Positions 1 to 9,732 of a stretch of 64,000 nucleotides of DNA are shown here, piece by piece (position 1 is the stretch's first letter; every line of letters starts with the position of its first letter). Under the pieces are notes generated by a model. The model saw nothing but the letters and a program-made list of their open reading frames with translations, was not told the origin of the DNA and ran no database searches. Position numbers and translations under genes: made by a program. Source of the stretch: Candidatus Saccharimonadia bacterium (GTDB taxonomy: Bacteria; Patescibacteriota; Saccharimonadia; UBA4664; JBBRNT01); contig JBBRNT010000003.1 of assembly GCA_038230095.1 (NCBI GenBank), positions 9,811-73,810 of the forward strand, in the 5' to 3' direction.

Positions 1-1
1 G

Positions 2-112
2 GCTACGGCTATCTACGAGGATGACAACCTGGATTTGGAGGCGCTCCAAGAAGCACTGGCCGAGGTCATTTCCGAGCGCCTGCAGGTGACATTCCCCGCT
101 ACCACTTCCTAG
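2..112 (+). CDS. 3' end of a gene entering the window (ATAIYEDDNLDLEALQEALAEVISERLQVTFPATTS*)
   Basis: Open frame from base 2 to TAG 110-112, followed by GC hairpin about 128-153. Confidence 0.5.
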   Translation, partial: ATAIYEDDNLDLEALQEALAEVISERLQVTFPATTS

Positions 113-267
113 AACTAGAACAGCCATAACGGCCAGGTATTTGCCTGGCCGTTTACAATTACGATCGGGTGCCTTGAAGCAGAGCGCGTTTTCTGCTAGG
201 ATAGGCCAGTTATTTACGCTACTATTGGCATCTATCCAGATCTCATACAATAGCGAGTCGACAATTT

Positions 268-344
268 GGGGTTGTGGTGTAGAGGCCTAACATGTCTCCC
301 TGTCACGGAGAAGATCGCCGGTTCGAATCCGGTCAACCCCGCCA
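268..344 (+). tRNA. tRNA-Asp(GTC)
   Basis: GGGGTTG/CAACCCC acceptor stem, CT-GTC-AC anticodon loop, GTTCGAATC T-loop, encoded CCA. Confidence 0.97.
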
Positions 345-381
345 TGAAAAGAGCGTCACGAAAGTGGCGCTTTTTTCATGG
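342..381 (+). terminator. Intrinsic terminator after tRNA-Asp
   Basis: CCATGAAAAGAGCGTCAC-GAAA-GTGGCGCTTTTTTCATGG. Confidence 0.8.
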
Positions 382-396
382 CTAGATTCACAGATT

Positions 397-503
397 TGAG
401 AACCGGCGAGGCCGGTTCGGCGTAGCGAGGTGGCACGCAGGAATGTATTCCGAGTACAACCGAGCGGAGAAGGACGCAGTCCGCTACCCGGTCAACCCCG
501 CCA
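397..503 (+). repeat. tRNA-linked repeat ending in a 16-bp copy of the tRNA-Asp 3' end
   Basis: CCGGTCAACCCCGCCA at 488-503 equals 329-344; internally deleted homolog at 2504-2550. Confidence 0.75.
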
Positions 504-585
504 ACCAGTAATTGGGGTTTTACGAAGCCTCTTTGTTGTTCTCCCCTGGTCCTAACTGTCTTGACGACTCTGCTACGATAGAAGT

Positions 586-1101
586 ATGGAGCACGCACAT
601 CACAACATGGTTGCGAGCGAGCACTCGCCAAAAGAGATAGCCAAGTTCATCCTGGTGCTACTCGGCATTACGAGCGCATCTCTCCTGCTCACTAACTATT
701 TCGGCCCACAGACCTTCAGCGGGTTTATGCGCTGGTTCATGGGTGTATTCTTCCTGGTTTTTGCCGCTTTCAAGTTTCTGGGCTATGCCATGTTCGTCGA
801 GATGTTTGCTGGCTACGACGTTGTCGCCAGGCGGTCATCGCTGTATGCCAAGCTTTATCCTTTCATCGAACTATCACTGGGGTTACTGTATGTTTTCGAC
901 TTGGGTAGCACAGGTCGGGATGTGGTGACGCTGCTCATTATGGCTGTCAGCTCAGTCGGGGTGTACGGTGAAATAAGAAAGCGCAGTGGTATCCACTGCG
1001 CTTGTCTCGGTAACATCATCAAGCTGCCACTTAGCACTGTCAGCCTTGTCGAGGACGCCGGTATGGCCCTGATGGCCATTGCTATGCTGGCGCTACGCTA
1101 A
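586..1101 (+). CDS. MauE/DoxX-like membrane protein
   Basis: Several TM helices, CACLG..LPLSTVSLVED motif; TACGAT 6 nt before ATG. Confidence 0.75.
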   Translation: MEHAHHNMVASEHSPKEIAKFILVLLGITSASLLLTNYFGPQTFSGFMRWFMGVFFLVFAAFKFLGYAMFVEMFAGYDVVARRSSLYAKLYPFIELSLGLLYVFDLGSTGRDVVTLLIMAVSSVGVYGEIRKRSGIHCACLGNIIKLPLSTVSLVEDAGMALMAIAMLALR

Positions 1102-1207
1102 AGTATGAGTAGCATTGGGTATATCGAGACCCATATTGCGGAACACCGATACACAGTTCATATGCAGCCTTGCCAGCACGATAATTAACGCTACAACGCC
1201 GTTATAG

Positions 1208-1272
1208 TTCGAAAATCGTTAACCAGCTCCCGCCAAGAAAAGAGCGTCACGCAAGTGGCGCTTTTTTCTTGG
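1208..1272 (+). repeat. Degenerate tRNA-3'-end plus terminator repeat
   Basis: 1229-1272 matches 338-381 at 41/44 nt; 1208-1235 matches 1867-1893. Confidence 0.8.
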
Positions 1273-1390
1273 GATAACGACTCACACTAAACGAGAAATA
1301 TTGACATATAGGGTAATATATGATTATATATTATAACTAATTCTAAAGGATTAGCGATTGGGGGAATCCCCACGACCCTTGAGGAGCATC

Positions 1391-1777
1391 ATGACAACAC
1401 TCTCACTGGACCAAAGCGTGGTCGAGAGCATCTTTCTCGACTGCCTTTTTAAGGATGGCGAGGTCAGCAGCAACCACGTGTTGGCCGAAGGCATCACCAT
1501 GACGGTCGGGTTCAACCCCGGTCGAATCGAAACTCATAAGGCCGAGATTGAGGCTCTCTTGGACGAACTGCCGGATCAATTCCAGGCATCCGGTGGTGGT
1601 GGCTGGTCGTTCCTTAACGCATGCGAGGACAAGCATGGCAACCTGTGGACGGGCCTGCACCGTCGCATGGAGCAGCTCTTCCTGCTTGGCATCGCAATTG
1701 GCAAGGTCGAGTACCAGCTTCCTCGTGACATGTGGGGCGCCCTACCTGGCGGCATGCCCTACCTCGTGGTCAAATAG
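1391..1777 (+). CDS. Hypothetical protein, phage-like family (GGGWSFLNAC...WTG.H..MEQL)
   Basis: GAGGAG SD before ATG 1391; TTGACA and TATGAT promoter elements about 1301-1325. Confidence 0.7.
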   Translation: MTTLSLDQSVVESIFLDCLFKDGEVSSNHVLAEGITMTVGFNPGRIETHKAEIEALLDELPDQFQASGGGGWSFLNACEDKHGNLWTGLHRRMEQLFLLGIAIGKVEYQLPRDMWGALPGGMPYLVVK

Positions 1778-1866
1778 CCATAACAACCCCGCATGGGGCG
1801 CAGCAACACTAGTAATGGTGTAAGCCTCGCTCCGGCGGGGTTTTCACTTTTATGGCCTAACAATAC

Positions 1867-1893
1867 TTCGAAAATCGTTACCAGCTCCTGCCA
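1867..1893 (+). repeat. Copy of TTCGAAAATCGTTA-CCAGCTCCYGCCA motif
   Basis: Near-identical to 1208-1235. Confidence 0.75.
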
Positions 1894-1949
1894 CAGGAAA
1901 TTCCTCACCCCACGATGGGCATTTCAATTCGCCGAGTGTGATTGCACTT

Positions 1950-2399
1950 ATGCTGAATACGCACTATATTGTGGCTATGATATTCGTTATCCTTGCTATC
2001 CTCGTCTGCGCCTACGAGTCATTAACCAAGGGCTGGTTCATATTCTACATGATACCCTTGGCCGTCATAGCCTTTCCGCTGACACTCACGCTCCAGGGGC
2101 TATCGTTTCGCTACCAGAGCCGCCTGGCCGACCCAGCTCAACTGATCAAGATGCGCAATATCCAGATCGGGGCTCTCCTGGCTCTCTACGTCTTTACACC
2201 TGGGGTAGGGGACACCAGTGAGGTGCTACTCTTTGGGTTCTATAGCACAGACAGCACAGCTTTGATCGGTATGTCTATGGTGCTTGCCTGGCTCGCCGCC
2301 ATTGCTGCCCTCTATGCCACCATTCGGTTGTTCTATGCGGTAGTTATGGCCGGGAAGCTCCCCGCCAAGCAGAGCCAACCCAAGCTCACAAACCCGTGA
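1950..2399 (+). CDS. Hypothetical multi-pass membrane protein
   Basis: Four hydrophobic segments; start uncertain (1938 or 1950). Confidence 0.6.
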   Translation: MLNTHYIVAMIFVILAILVCAYESLTKGWFIFYMIPLAVIAFPLTLTLQGLSFRYQSRLADPAQLIKMRNIQIGALLALYVFTPGVGDTSEVLLFGFYSTDSTALIGMSMVLAWLAAIAALYATIRLFYAVVMAGKLPAKQSQPKLTNP

Positions 2400-2445
2400 A
2401 ATTATAGGTTGAGCTGAGAAATAGTTCTACCTTAATGCGCTCGAG

Positions 2446-2550
2446 CCCGCCCACAAAAGTCCGTCACCAGCGTGGTGGTCTTTTCTTTGTAACTCGAATC
2501 GGATGAGAACAGGCGAGGCCGGTTTGGTGGAGTCCGCTATCTGGTTAACC
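2446..2550 (+). repeat. Decayed copy of tRNA-end/terminator plus tRNA-linked repeat
   Basis: TGAGAACAGGCGAGGCCGGTTTGG (2504-2527) resembles 397-420; AGTCCGCTATCTGGTTAACC (2531-2550) resembles 478-497. Confidence 0.65.
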
Positions 2551-2595
2551 AGGACGGAAGGCTTGTCGCGGCCGGGCGGCGTTCTCGGAGCCTAG

Positions 2596-4278
2596 TTAGA
2601 GCCTAACTACCACGGCACGACCGTCGGTAAAGAACCGGTCTCCACTGGCATTCTGGCCTAGCTCGGGGGCCACGACTTGCAAGAACTCTGAGTCCTGTGC
2701 GCCCAGGGAGCCAGCAATGTAGCTACGCTCAGCGTCAACATTGGGGTCAATGTGGTGCGTGGGGAGCCTAGCTGGCCCGGCAAACTCTATACCTTCATCG
2801 AAGCTGGCGGTGGCAACCCAGATAGGCCGACCATCGGGCAGGGCAAAATCTGTCCGCCAAATCCGGGTGTGGTGACGCTGGCGGAGGGTATTGCTGGCCG
2901 TGGGTTTCTCAAATGCCAGGTCCTGAGGCTTGGCTAGTAAGTAGGAGGGCGTGACGGGGGCCGATAGGTACTGGCCACCCTGGAAGCCAACAGCTACAGC
3001 CCGAAGGGTATTAAAGAGCGTCGAGGGGTCGGCCTTGGTCCAGCCAGCCTGTTCGTAGCGCTGTTTTATCTGGTCCTCGTAGCCCACGTAGATGAATCCA
3101 ATAGGCTCCATATGCGCGCCAGTCAGGGTCTCACTGTACAGCGGCAGCTGGCTGGTGGTTTGCTCGTTGAGCGCTGCCAGCATCCTGTAGCCTGGCGTGG
3201 CAAGAGATACAGTGGGTCGGATAAATATTGGCGCGAGGATAATGCTAAATACCGCGATCGCGAGAGGCACAAAGAGCAGCTTTCGCGCTGGCACTATTGC
3301 TGTACGCTGCCCCCATAGCTGGTAGCGGGCAGAGAGCTCCAGGCAAGCAATAATAATCGTAAGTAGGAAGCCACCAAAAAGCACACTCGCCAAAACGTCA
3401 CTCGGGTAGTGGACGCCTAGGTAGATACGACTCAGGCCAACGAGAAAGACCACGGTAAGGTACGTCGCAGCAATAACAAGCCGGGCCAGCGTGGATTGAA
3501 GCGACTTGTAAAGAAAATAGGCCAACAGCCCATAGAGGAGCGTGGCGCGGAGCGCGTGGCCGCTGGGGAAGCTGGCACTGCTCTCGTGGATGAGGCTTAG
3601 ATAATTTTCAGGCCGAGTACGGCCAACCAGGTGCTTCAATAGAGTGGCTATGAGTTCCTCGGCGACAAACACCGCGGGCAACAGGGCAGCCAGGTATTTC
3701 TGGCCACATCGCCACAGTACCCACCCGAAAAGCGCAGTGAGTACTATCATGGTTTGCCAATTCGCTAGGAACGTAATAATGCTAAAAAAGCTGGTTTGCG
3801 CGGACGGCCGGGTGCTGGGTACTAGGTTGATCACCCGGGTGTCGATGCGAGTGAGTACCTCTTTGAGAAGCACCTGCCGGGTAATGCCAGCAAAGCCCAT
3901 AAGCCAGGCCAGGGCGATAGCGATAGCTACGGTTAAGCCGGGGCCAGTGGGGGAGGCAATGTCGAACCGCCGACGGAGCCAGCTAACCACTGGCGATTTA
4001 CTGCGCAGTATGGTGCGGATGTAACTATTCTTTTGGATGCCGTCCCAGGCAGAAACCAGAATGGAGCCGACTATTTGCAGTGGTTTCCACAGTATGACGA
4101 CCAGGCTGTGAATGAAGGTGAGTGCGAGGATGAGCTGGAGGAGGATAGCCATAGCGAAGAGCGCCGGGGAACCAAATACGTCCCAAGTTTTGGCTAGGTA
4201 TAGATTGATTGCTGACAAGATGATGGCAAGGGCTGATAGTACTAGGTAGGCTCTGAGCTTGAGGTGGGGTTTGTTCAT
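2596..4278 (-). CDS. PAP2-family membrane phosphatase with LssY-like C-terminal domain
   Basis: K.....R.RP, SFPSGH and SRIYLGVHYPSDV motifs; RHH.RIW...THHIDPNVDAER tail. Confidence 0.88.
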   Translation of the reverse strand: MNKPHLKLRAYLVLSALAIILSAINLYLAKTWDVFGSPALFAMAILLQLILALTFIHSLVVILWKPLQIVGSILVSAWDGIQKNSYIRTILRSKSPVVSWLRRRFDIASPTGPGLTVAIAIALAWLMGFAGITRQVLLKEVLTRIDTRVINLVPSTRPSAQTSFFSIITFLANWQTMIVLTALFGWVLWRCGQKYLAALLPAVFVAEELIATLLKHLVGRTRPENYLSLIHESSASFPSGHALRATLLYGLLAYFLYKSLQSTLARLVIAATYLTVVFLVGLSRIYLGVHYPSDVLASVLFGGFLLTIIIACLELSARYQLWGQRTAIVPARKLLFVPLAIAVFSIILAPIFIRPTVSLATPGYRMLAALNEQTTSQLPLYSETLTGAHMEPIGFIYVGYEDQIKQRYEQAGWTKADPSTLFNTLRAVAVGFQGGQYLSAPVTPSYLLAKPQDLAFEKPTASNTLRQRHHTRIWRTDFALPDGRPIWVATASFDEGIEFAGPARLPTHHIDPNVDAERSYIAGSLGAQDSEFLQVVAPELGQNASGDRFFTDGRAVVVRL

Positions 4279-4423
4279 ATAAGCATAGTGTAGTACGGAA
4301 CGCTATGAGGAGGAAAGCAGCGAGCCTGGCTTGGGCTCAGGCGTAGAAAAGTGCGTCGTACTGCTGGTGGTTCTTCTAGGCATTGGCCTTTGCAGAGCCA
4401 TCTTTCTCTGGTATCCTTGCCCA

Positions 4424-5029
4424 ATGCCGAACCAAACGCTTCGTATTGTGGTAGTTCCTGGTCTTGATGATGGCAAGTACAACATTCTTGGTCTGGTGTC
4501 CCGCATCTGGAATAGCGACCAGGTTCAGATCTATCCGTTGCCGGTAGGTTGGCGCAATGGTGCCTCCTACAAACGCAAGCTGGCCACGTTGCTGGAGCTG
4601 GTGGATGAGCTACTGGCGACTGGCGATCCGGTGGCGATTGTGGGCATTAGTGCCGGGGCTAGCCTAGCGCTCAACGCTTACACCCTCCGCCCCCGACTCC
4701 TCGGTATGGCCAACCTGTGTGGCACCCTGCGCTTTGGGCTTGCGCCGCCGGCGTCCCTGACGCGCCGTGCCTGGGCTGTCCCGGCCTACCACGACTCGGT
4801 GCTAGCCTGCGAGGTGACCCAAGAGAAACTGACGGTGGAGCAACGCCGGCGAGTGCTCATAATGAAGCCGCTGCGTGACGGCATTGTGCCGCTTGCGACC
4901 ATGACGCTCCGGGGCGCCAAAGAGCACCGGGTGGTGGGAGTGAACCACTCGCAAAGCATTGTGACAGCTCTGCTGCTGTACCGCCGAACTATGGTGGGGT
5001 TCTTCCAAGATCTCCTACAGACTGCATAA
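4424..5029 (+). CDS. Alpha/beta-hydrolase fold protein
   Basis: VVPGL, GISAG nucleophile elbow, DGIVP, late His; TATCCT 6 nt before ATG 4424. Confidence 0.7.
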   Translation: MPNQTLRIVVVPGLDDGKYNILGLVSRIWNSDQVQIYPLPVGWRNGASYKRKLATLLELVDELLATGDPVAIVGISAGASLALNAYTLRPRLLGMANLCGTLRFGLAPPASLTRRAWAVPAYHDSVLACEVTQEKLTVEQRRRVLIMKPLRDGIVPLATMTLRGAKEHRVVGVNHSQSIVTALLLYRRTMVGFFQDLLQTA

Positions 5030-5030
5030 G

Positions 5031-5058
5031 TAAGGCGCCACGTAAGTGGCGCCTTTTT
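5031..5058. terminator. Terminator with CAC-GNRA-GTG cap like the tRNA-Asp terminator
   Basis: AAGGCGCCAC-GTAA-GTGGCGCCTTTTT. Confidence 0.7.
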
Positions 5059-5127
5059 CAAATGCGTTGCTCACCTCTGACGGCGACAAGCTGGTATAAT
5101 TTGGTTAAGTATAACGATGGGGCGCAG

Positions 5128-5832
5128 GTGGGCGAGAGACCAGAAAAATCAACTCCTGGCGATTGGCAAAGCGGGCAGAATGAATACGCTGAGCTTGGCG
5201 TAGCTGAACCGCATAAGCCTGATCAAACGCTGCGTACCGACAGGACACTAGAGCAGTACCGAACTGTTTTTGGTCAAGAGCTGGGTACTCGCGACGAGCT
5301 CATTCTTGATCTGGGGGCGGGCGATGCAACGATGGCCGACGAGCTGGAGGAGTTGACTAGTCATCGGGCGACTGTGGTGCGCTTCGACCGCGATTATCTG
5401 GACCATCCACCAGATGGTGAGGCGATTGCTATTACCGGTGACGCTACACGCATGCCGTTTGCCAATGACGTCTTTGACAGAGTGGTGAGCCATAATATGA
5501 TGTACTATCTCGGCCGAGATAAGGGCGCCGAGGCATTTGCTGAGACCTTACGGGTGCTGAAGCCTGGGGGCGAGGCGGCAATCTTCCCAGCCAAGCCACT
5601 TTCCCGTGTCGATTCGGATATTGCCCATACGGAAAGGCATGCCGGCGTGCTTTTCCCGACACTCCTCGTGACAAAGCCAGCGGATTTCTCCAGCTGGACA
5701 AATGAGCGCAAGGCGGAGGTATATCGTGAGTTATCTCGTGTGGTCACGCCAGGCGCCACATTGGACCGTCTCATACACTGGAAGATGGCGCGTGCTATCG
5801 GAAAGCGTGGCACGCATAGAAAAAGCCTGTAA
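5128..5832 (+). CDS. Class I SAM-dependent methyltransferase
   Basis: ILDLGAGD, GDATRMPF..DVFD, RVLKPGG; start uncertain. Confidence 0.8.
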   Translation: MGERPEKSTPGDWQSGQNEYAELGVAEPHKPDQTLRTDRTLEQYRTVFGQELGTRDELILDLGAGDATMADELEELTSHRATVVRFDRDYLDHPPDGEAIAITGDATRMPFANDVFDRVVSHNMMYYLGRDKGAEAFAETLRVLKPGGEAAIFPAKPLSRVDSDIAHTERHAGVLFPTLLVTKPADFSSWTNERKAEVYRELSRVVTPGATLDRLIHWKMARAIGKRGTHRKSL

Positions 5833-6100
5833 CATGCCATACATTACTCGGGCATAGCCACTCCGGTAGTTTGGGCTAGTCCCGGCTGCTTACAGCCGGG
5901 AATGGGCGCTTTCTGTATGGGCGTCCAGTGTGCCAAAAAAGCATTTCATAGATGGCTTTTAGTAGCATAAATACTTTTTTAATCGAGAGTAACCTCATGC
6001 GGCTATGGACACAGGCGCATTTTAGTGCTTAAATAAGCCTCATTCTATCCAGAAGTACCTCGTCCGGAACAAACCGCGGCGAATTAGGGAGGAGAGTCCT

Positions 6101-6580
6101 GTGGCATGGTTCAAGAAACGCCCTACCCCCATTCTACCCAGCGCGGCAGCAGCAGCGCGGTGGTGGGCAGACCACCTGCGGCAGGGATATAACCGCTTCC
6201 AGGTGGATGACAGCTCTCCGACTGGGGGCTTTATCACCGCAATGGGGGCCGTGGCACATGCGGGCCGTGGCAACGCACCCACCAAAGACCAGATCGACAG
6301 CTTCGAATTGTGGCTTGCCACGTCCATTAGCCGGGAGCTATTGCGACTGACAAAGGCGTACAACAATCACAACCTTGATTTCGTGCCATACGTGGACCTG
6401 GGTGTCGATTACAGCCCCAAGGGCTTACTGCGTCAAGCGCTGATCGAGAGGGATCTGTTCGACCACTCCATGGTCATGCCCACCAAGTCCCACATGACCG
6501 TGACTCCCACCGGCGTCCAGGTGATTCCTGGCTACAAGGCCAGCCCGATCGAGCTGGTTCTGGCCGAGACCACGGTGTGA
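6101..6580 (+). CDS. Hypothetical protein, phage-like (AARWWAD...VDYSP..LL...PTKSHM)
   Basis: GGAGG SD plus GTG; hairpin 6612-6639 downstream. Confidence 0.65.
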   Translation: MAWFKKRPTPILPSAAAAARWWADHLRQGYNRFQVDDSSPTGGFITAMGAVAHAGRGNAPTKDQIDSFELWLATSISRELLRLTKAYNNHNLDFVPYVDLGVDYSPKGLLRQALIERDLFDHSMVMPTKSHMTVTPTGVQVIPGYKASPIELVLAETTV

Positions 6581-6721
6581 GTGACATGATCTTAAGATAA
6601 TTGTACGTATGCGGCCCGGGGAGATTTCTCCCCGGGCCGTTATCCGTATGATGTGTCCAGCTTGAAGTAACTGATCCCTCGGAATGAGACATGCCTTAGT
6701 TCGGGGATTTTGCTTTGGGGC

Positions 6722-6767
6722 TTGACGCCAGAAATAGCTAGGAATAAACTTAACCCTAAGGTTAAGT
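6722..6767 (+). promoter_or_regulatory. Promoter with inverted-repeat operator for the ArsR gene
   Basis: TTGACG-17-TAAACT; ACTTAACC-CTAA-GGTTAAGT at 6748-6767. Confidence 0.7.
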
Positions 6768-7109
6768 ATGCAAGACAACACCCCACAACCAACGCTCGAT
6801 GCCCTCTTCCTGGCGCTGTCACACGGCAAGCGCCGGGGGATGGTGCATATGCTGGCGCTGCAACCCGCAACGGTGAGCCAACTGGCGCGTGACCAAGGGC
6901 TGTCGCTACCGGCAATGCATAAGCATATGGCTATCCTAGAGGCAGCCCAGCTGGTGCAGCGTAAGAAAGCTGGTCGTACCACCTTCGTGGCACTCAATCG
7001 GCGTTCGTTGGGCCTGGTGTGGGAGTGGGCCATGCAGTACCGAACCGAGTGGGGGAGCGACCAAGCCACACTAGAGAACTACGTAGCTAGCCTCTCTAGT
7101 CCTAGCTAA
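6768..7109 (+). CDS. ArsR/SmtB-family regulator
   Basis: LDALFLALSHGKRR, TVSQLA, SLPAMHKHMAILEAAQLV..KKAGR. Confidence 0.88.
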   Translation: MQDNTPQPTLDALFLALSHGKRRGMVHMLALQPATVSQLARDQGLSLPAMHKHMAILEAAQLVQRKKAGRTTFVALNRRSLGLVWEWAMQYRTEWGSDQATLENYVASLSSPS

Positions 7110-7169
7110 CGGACCAGTATGATTAGTGTATTAATTACAATAACAGCTCGAAAGAGTAAGGAGTAACAC

Positions 7170-7469
7170 ATGGGAAAATACGTTTTCGAATATTACGACA
7201 CCAAGAATATGTCCAAAGAGGATTCAATGCCAGCCTGGAATGCCTGGTTTGGCGCAATGGGTGACAAGATTATGGATGGGGGTAATCCATTTGCAGACGG
7301 TGGCCAGGCGGTAGAGCCATCTGGCGTGAGCACCATCGAGAACTGGCCTTGCACCGGCTACACTATAGTGAAGGCAGATAGTATGGACGAGGCCACGGCC
7401 ATGGCCAAGACCTGCCCCGTGGTAGTGAGTGGCGGTACCGTGCGCGTCTATGAAGCCCTACCTATGTAG
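7170..7469 (+). CDS. YciI/DGPF-family protein
   Basis: W.AWF, DGGNPF, GYTIVKADSMDEA...AKTCP; AAGGAG SD. Confidence 0.8.
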   Translation: MGKYVFEYYDTKNMSKEDSMPAWNAWFGAMGDKIMDGGNPFADGGQAVEPSGVSTIENWPCTGYTIVKADSMDEATAMAKTCPVVVSGGTVRVYEALPM

Positions 7470-7581
7470 TCTGGCCTGATTATGCGAAAACGCCCCATCA
7501 TACGATGGGGCGTTTTGGTTATGAGGATGAGAAACCCCCGTAGCAGATCGTGGATTCGATGCACTACGGGGGTTTGGCCTG

Positions 7582-8082
7582 CTAGTAGCCACGGGCGGCC
7601 CGGCGGGCTCGGCGACGGGACCAGCCCTGGGTTCTGAGCCACTTGGCGCCGCGTCGACAGCGTTGCCGTCTGGCCTGGTCCTTCCAGAAGAAGGGGAAGA
7701 GCGGTTCCCTGGCGGAGGCTTGCCAGGCTGCCCGCCGGACGGCGTGGTCTGACTTGCCGCCGAGGAGCCTGCCAAGCGCGAGCACGGTCAGGTTCATTAC
7801 TAGTCGCCAGGCCAGGTAGACCCGGAATCCAAGCCAGTACAGCGACCAGAGCGCCCAGACTGTGTCCCAGCTCTGAAGCACTGCAGCTACCACGGCGATT
7901 ACTGAGTAGGCCACGGTGATAAACGCCAGGTACTCGCGGGTGTCCGGTAGCACCGGGCTCCACCACCGCAGGAAGGCCCGCAGGTGCTCGCGCGGGGTGA
8001 GGCTGCCAAGGGCGGGCTCTTTCGGCTTGTCTACGCCGTCGTCGAACAAGCTGTCGTAGGGTACCGGTGTGGCCAAAGTCAT
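7582..8082 (-). CDS. Hypothetical membrane protein with Arg-rich C-terminus
   Basis: GAGG SD before ATG 8082; two TM segments. Confidence 0.55.
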   Translation of the reverse strand: MTLATPVPYDSLFDDGVDKPKEPALGSLTPREHLRAFLRWWSPVLPDTREYLAFITVAYSVIAVVAAVLQSWDTVWALWSLYWLGFRVYLAWRLVMNLTVLALGRLLGGKSDHAVRRAAWQASAREPLFPFFWKDQARRQRCRRGAKWLRTQGWSRRRARRAARGY

Positions 8083-8391
8083 TCGATTGACCTCGTGGCT
8101 GAAGCAGATAGGGCAGAGCCGACTATCCTTTCCCAACCCCGAAACTAGCCGGGGTAGCTGGGGATTGTCGGCCGGAAAGGTGTGTCGCCAACCGCAACTG
8201 CGGCAGGTTTCGTATCCGAGAATTAGATCTGTGTTGTAAATGGCCTCCTTGGGGCTTGGGGCGCGTTTGCCTTGTGATAGGTATAGCCCGTGAGGTGATG
8301 GAAGTCAAGATTGGCTGCTGGTTATGCTTGGCGTAGGCCGACAACTATGTCACTATAGGCTCGTTCCTTACCATCGAGACAGGAGGCCACT

Positions 8392-8658
8392 ATGGCCGAT
8401 CATCACCAGCTGGGCACTGCGCAGCAACGAATGGGCCCATTGACGGGCACCGGTGGGGTGAGTGTTGGGTTCCCCGTTGAGTGTGGGAGCTGCAGTGTGC
8501 GGTTCGTGGTGGATGAAAGAAAACTCCGCGGTGCGCACGATGTGCACAATCCATACGTGCGCGAGCTGTGGTGCCCTTGCTGCGGTAGCAAGCTGCCGGC
8601 CAAACCCGTGGGGCATCACGTGATGCGCCCCATGCCATTGTTTGGATTGGACGACTGA
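8392..8658 (+). CDS. Small zinc-ribbon protein (CGSC...CPCC)
   Basis: AGGAGG SD; TGATG coupling to next ORF. Confidence 0.65.
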   Translation: MADHHQLGTAQQRMGPLTGTGGVSVGFPVECGSCSVRFVVDERKLRGAHDVHNPYVRELWCPCCGSKLPAKPVGHHVMRPMPLFGLDD

Positions 8659-8891
8659 TGCGCAGGGTTGGGGGGCGTACCCCGAGAAGTGGCACAACAG
8701 TACCGGTCCCAGTTGATTCGGGGACCGAGCCGTGCCCATACTGTGAAGACGTGGTAACCGCCCTTGATTTAGCTGCGCAAAAGGCGCATATGGAAGCGTG
8801 CCATCCGGAAGTCATAGAGCGGCGTCTGAGCGAGAATGGATTTACCCGTCTGCCCGACGGTAGCGTCCATGACGACTGGGCGTCCGACTAG
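8658..8891 (+). CDS. Small C2H2-type zinc-finger protein A
   Basis: C-x2-C-x14-H-x4-HP; paralog at 9535-9732. Confidence 0.65.
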   Translation: MRRVGGRTPRSGTTVPVPVDSGTEPCPYCEDVVTALDLAAQKAHMEACHPEVIERRLSENGFTRLPDGSVHDDWASD

Positions 8892-8927
8892 CCCCCAAGC
8901 ATGAGCAAGAGCTTCTGTTTGGGGGCT
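8890..8927 (+). terminator. Terminator homologous to 9723-9760
   Basis: 30/38 nt identical, AGCCCCC...GGGGGCT. Confidence 0.7.
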
Positions 8928-9022
8928 CTTCTTTTGGGGCGGGTGAAGACGCTATTGCTTGTAGTCTGGACAGAGAAGTTGTATGGTATATTATTCATCT
9001 GAGACCCGTGGAGGCGAAACTA

Positions 9023-9538
9023 ATGAATGTACCCGCAGAAGTAGCACTATCGATCAAGATCGGTGCAGATACGCCCATGGCCGTACGTGAGGCACTGACT
9101 GATCTGTTGCGCGCGTTGCGTGACTCGCCGGACGTGGCAGTTCTGGAGGCCCTACCGACGGTTCCAGAAACCCAATTCTTCGACCACGTAGACCTGTGCT
9201 CCTACTTTCAGTCACAGGGCAGCAATCGTAGCCAGGCACTGGACCAAGCACGCCGCATCCTCTCCAACCTTCTAGTGGTACCCACTGCGCGGTTGGCGAT
9301 GTGTGGGCAGTGCAAACAGTGGCACGGAGTATGTCGGTGCCATGGGCATAAATCCGCTGGTAGGTCGCAGCCAGAAGGCTGGGTATACGACTGGGCTTAC
9401 CGTTACTGCTGGCGCTACAGCGTGCCTGCAACTAAAGCATTGAGCGAGCTAGATCTACGGAACTTCTCCAAAGTGAGTCTAGAGCGACTTCGGGCATTCC
9501 TGGACCAGCTGCAGTGTGAGGCGGTGACAGCGGCATGA
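9023..9538 (+). CDS. Hypothetical protein with CxxC-x3-H-x2-CxC cluster
   Basis: GGAGG SD; ATGA overlap with next ORF. Confidence 0.65.
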   Translation: MNVPAEVALSIKIGADTPMAVREALTDLLRALRDSPDVAVLEALPTVPETQFFDHVDLCSYFQSQGSNRSQALDQARRILSNLLVVPTARLAMCGQCKQWHGVCRCHGHKSAGRSQPEGWVYDWAYRYCWRYSVPATKALSELDLRNFSKVSLERLRAFLDQLQCEAVTAA

Positions 9539-9732
9539 TGTCCGAACTGCCTCAGACAATGAAGTGTGGTGGCTGCGACACGCAGTTACCTACGGGGGAC
9601 GCTGCAGCGTTCCAGTCACATCTGGATACAGACCACCCCAGTGCACTGGTGCGCGGCTTGCTTAGGAGTGGCTTTGTCCAAACGCGGCATGGCCAGCCCT
9701 GGACCCTGCCCGGAATCTACCCAGCCCCCTAG
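9535..9732 (+). CDS. Small C2H2-type zinc-finger protein B
   Basis: C-x2-C-x14-H-x4-HP-x4-R-x-L-x3-GF shared with 8658-8891. Confidence 0.65.
   Translation: MMSELPQTMKCGGCDTQLPTGDAAAFQSHLDTDHPSALVRGLLRSGFVQTRHGQPWTLPGIYPAP

Noticed and set aside
268-2550. CRISPR array or integron attC array
   Set aside because: Repeats are irregular, tRNA-derived and hundreds of bp apart; no cas gene, integron integrase or RYYYAAC/GTTRRRY boxes seen.
5879-5930. Two adjacent hairpins as a riboswitch
   Set aside because: No recognisable aptamer motif; may be terminator-like.
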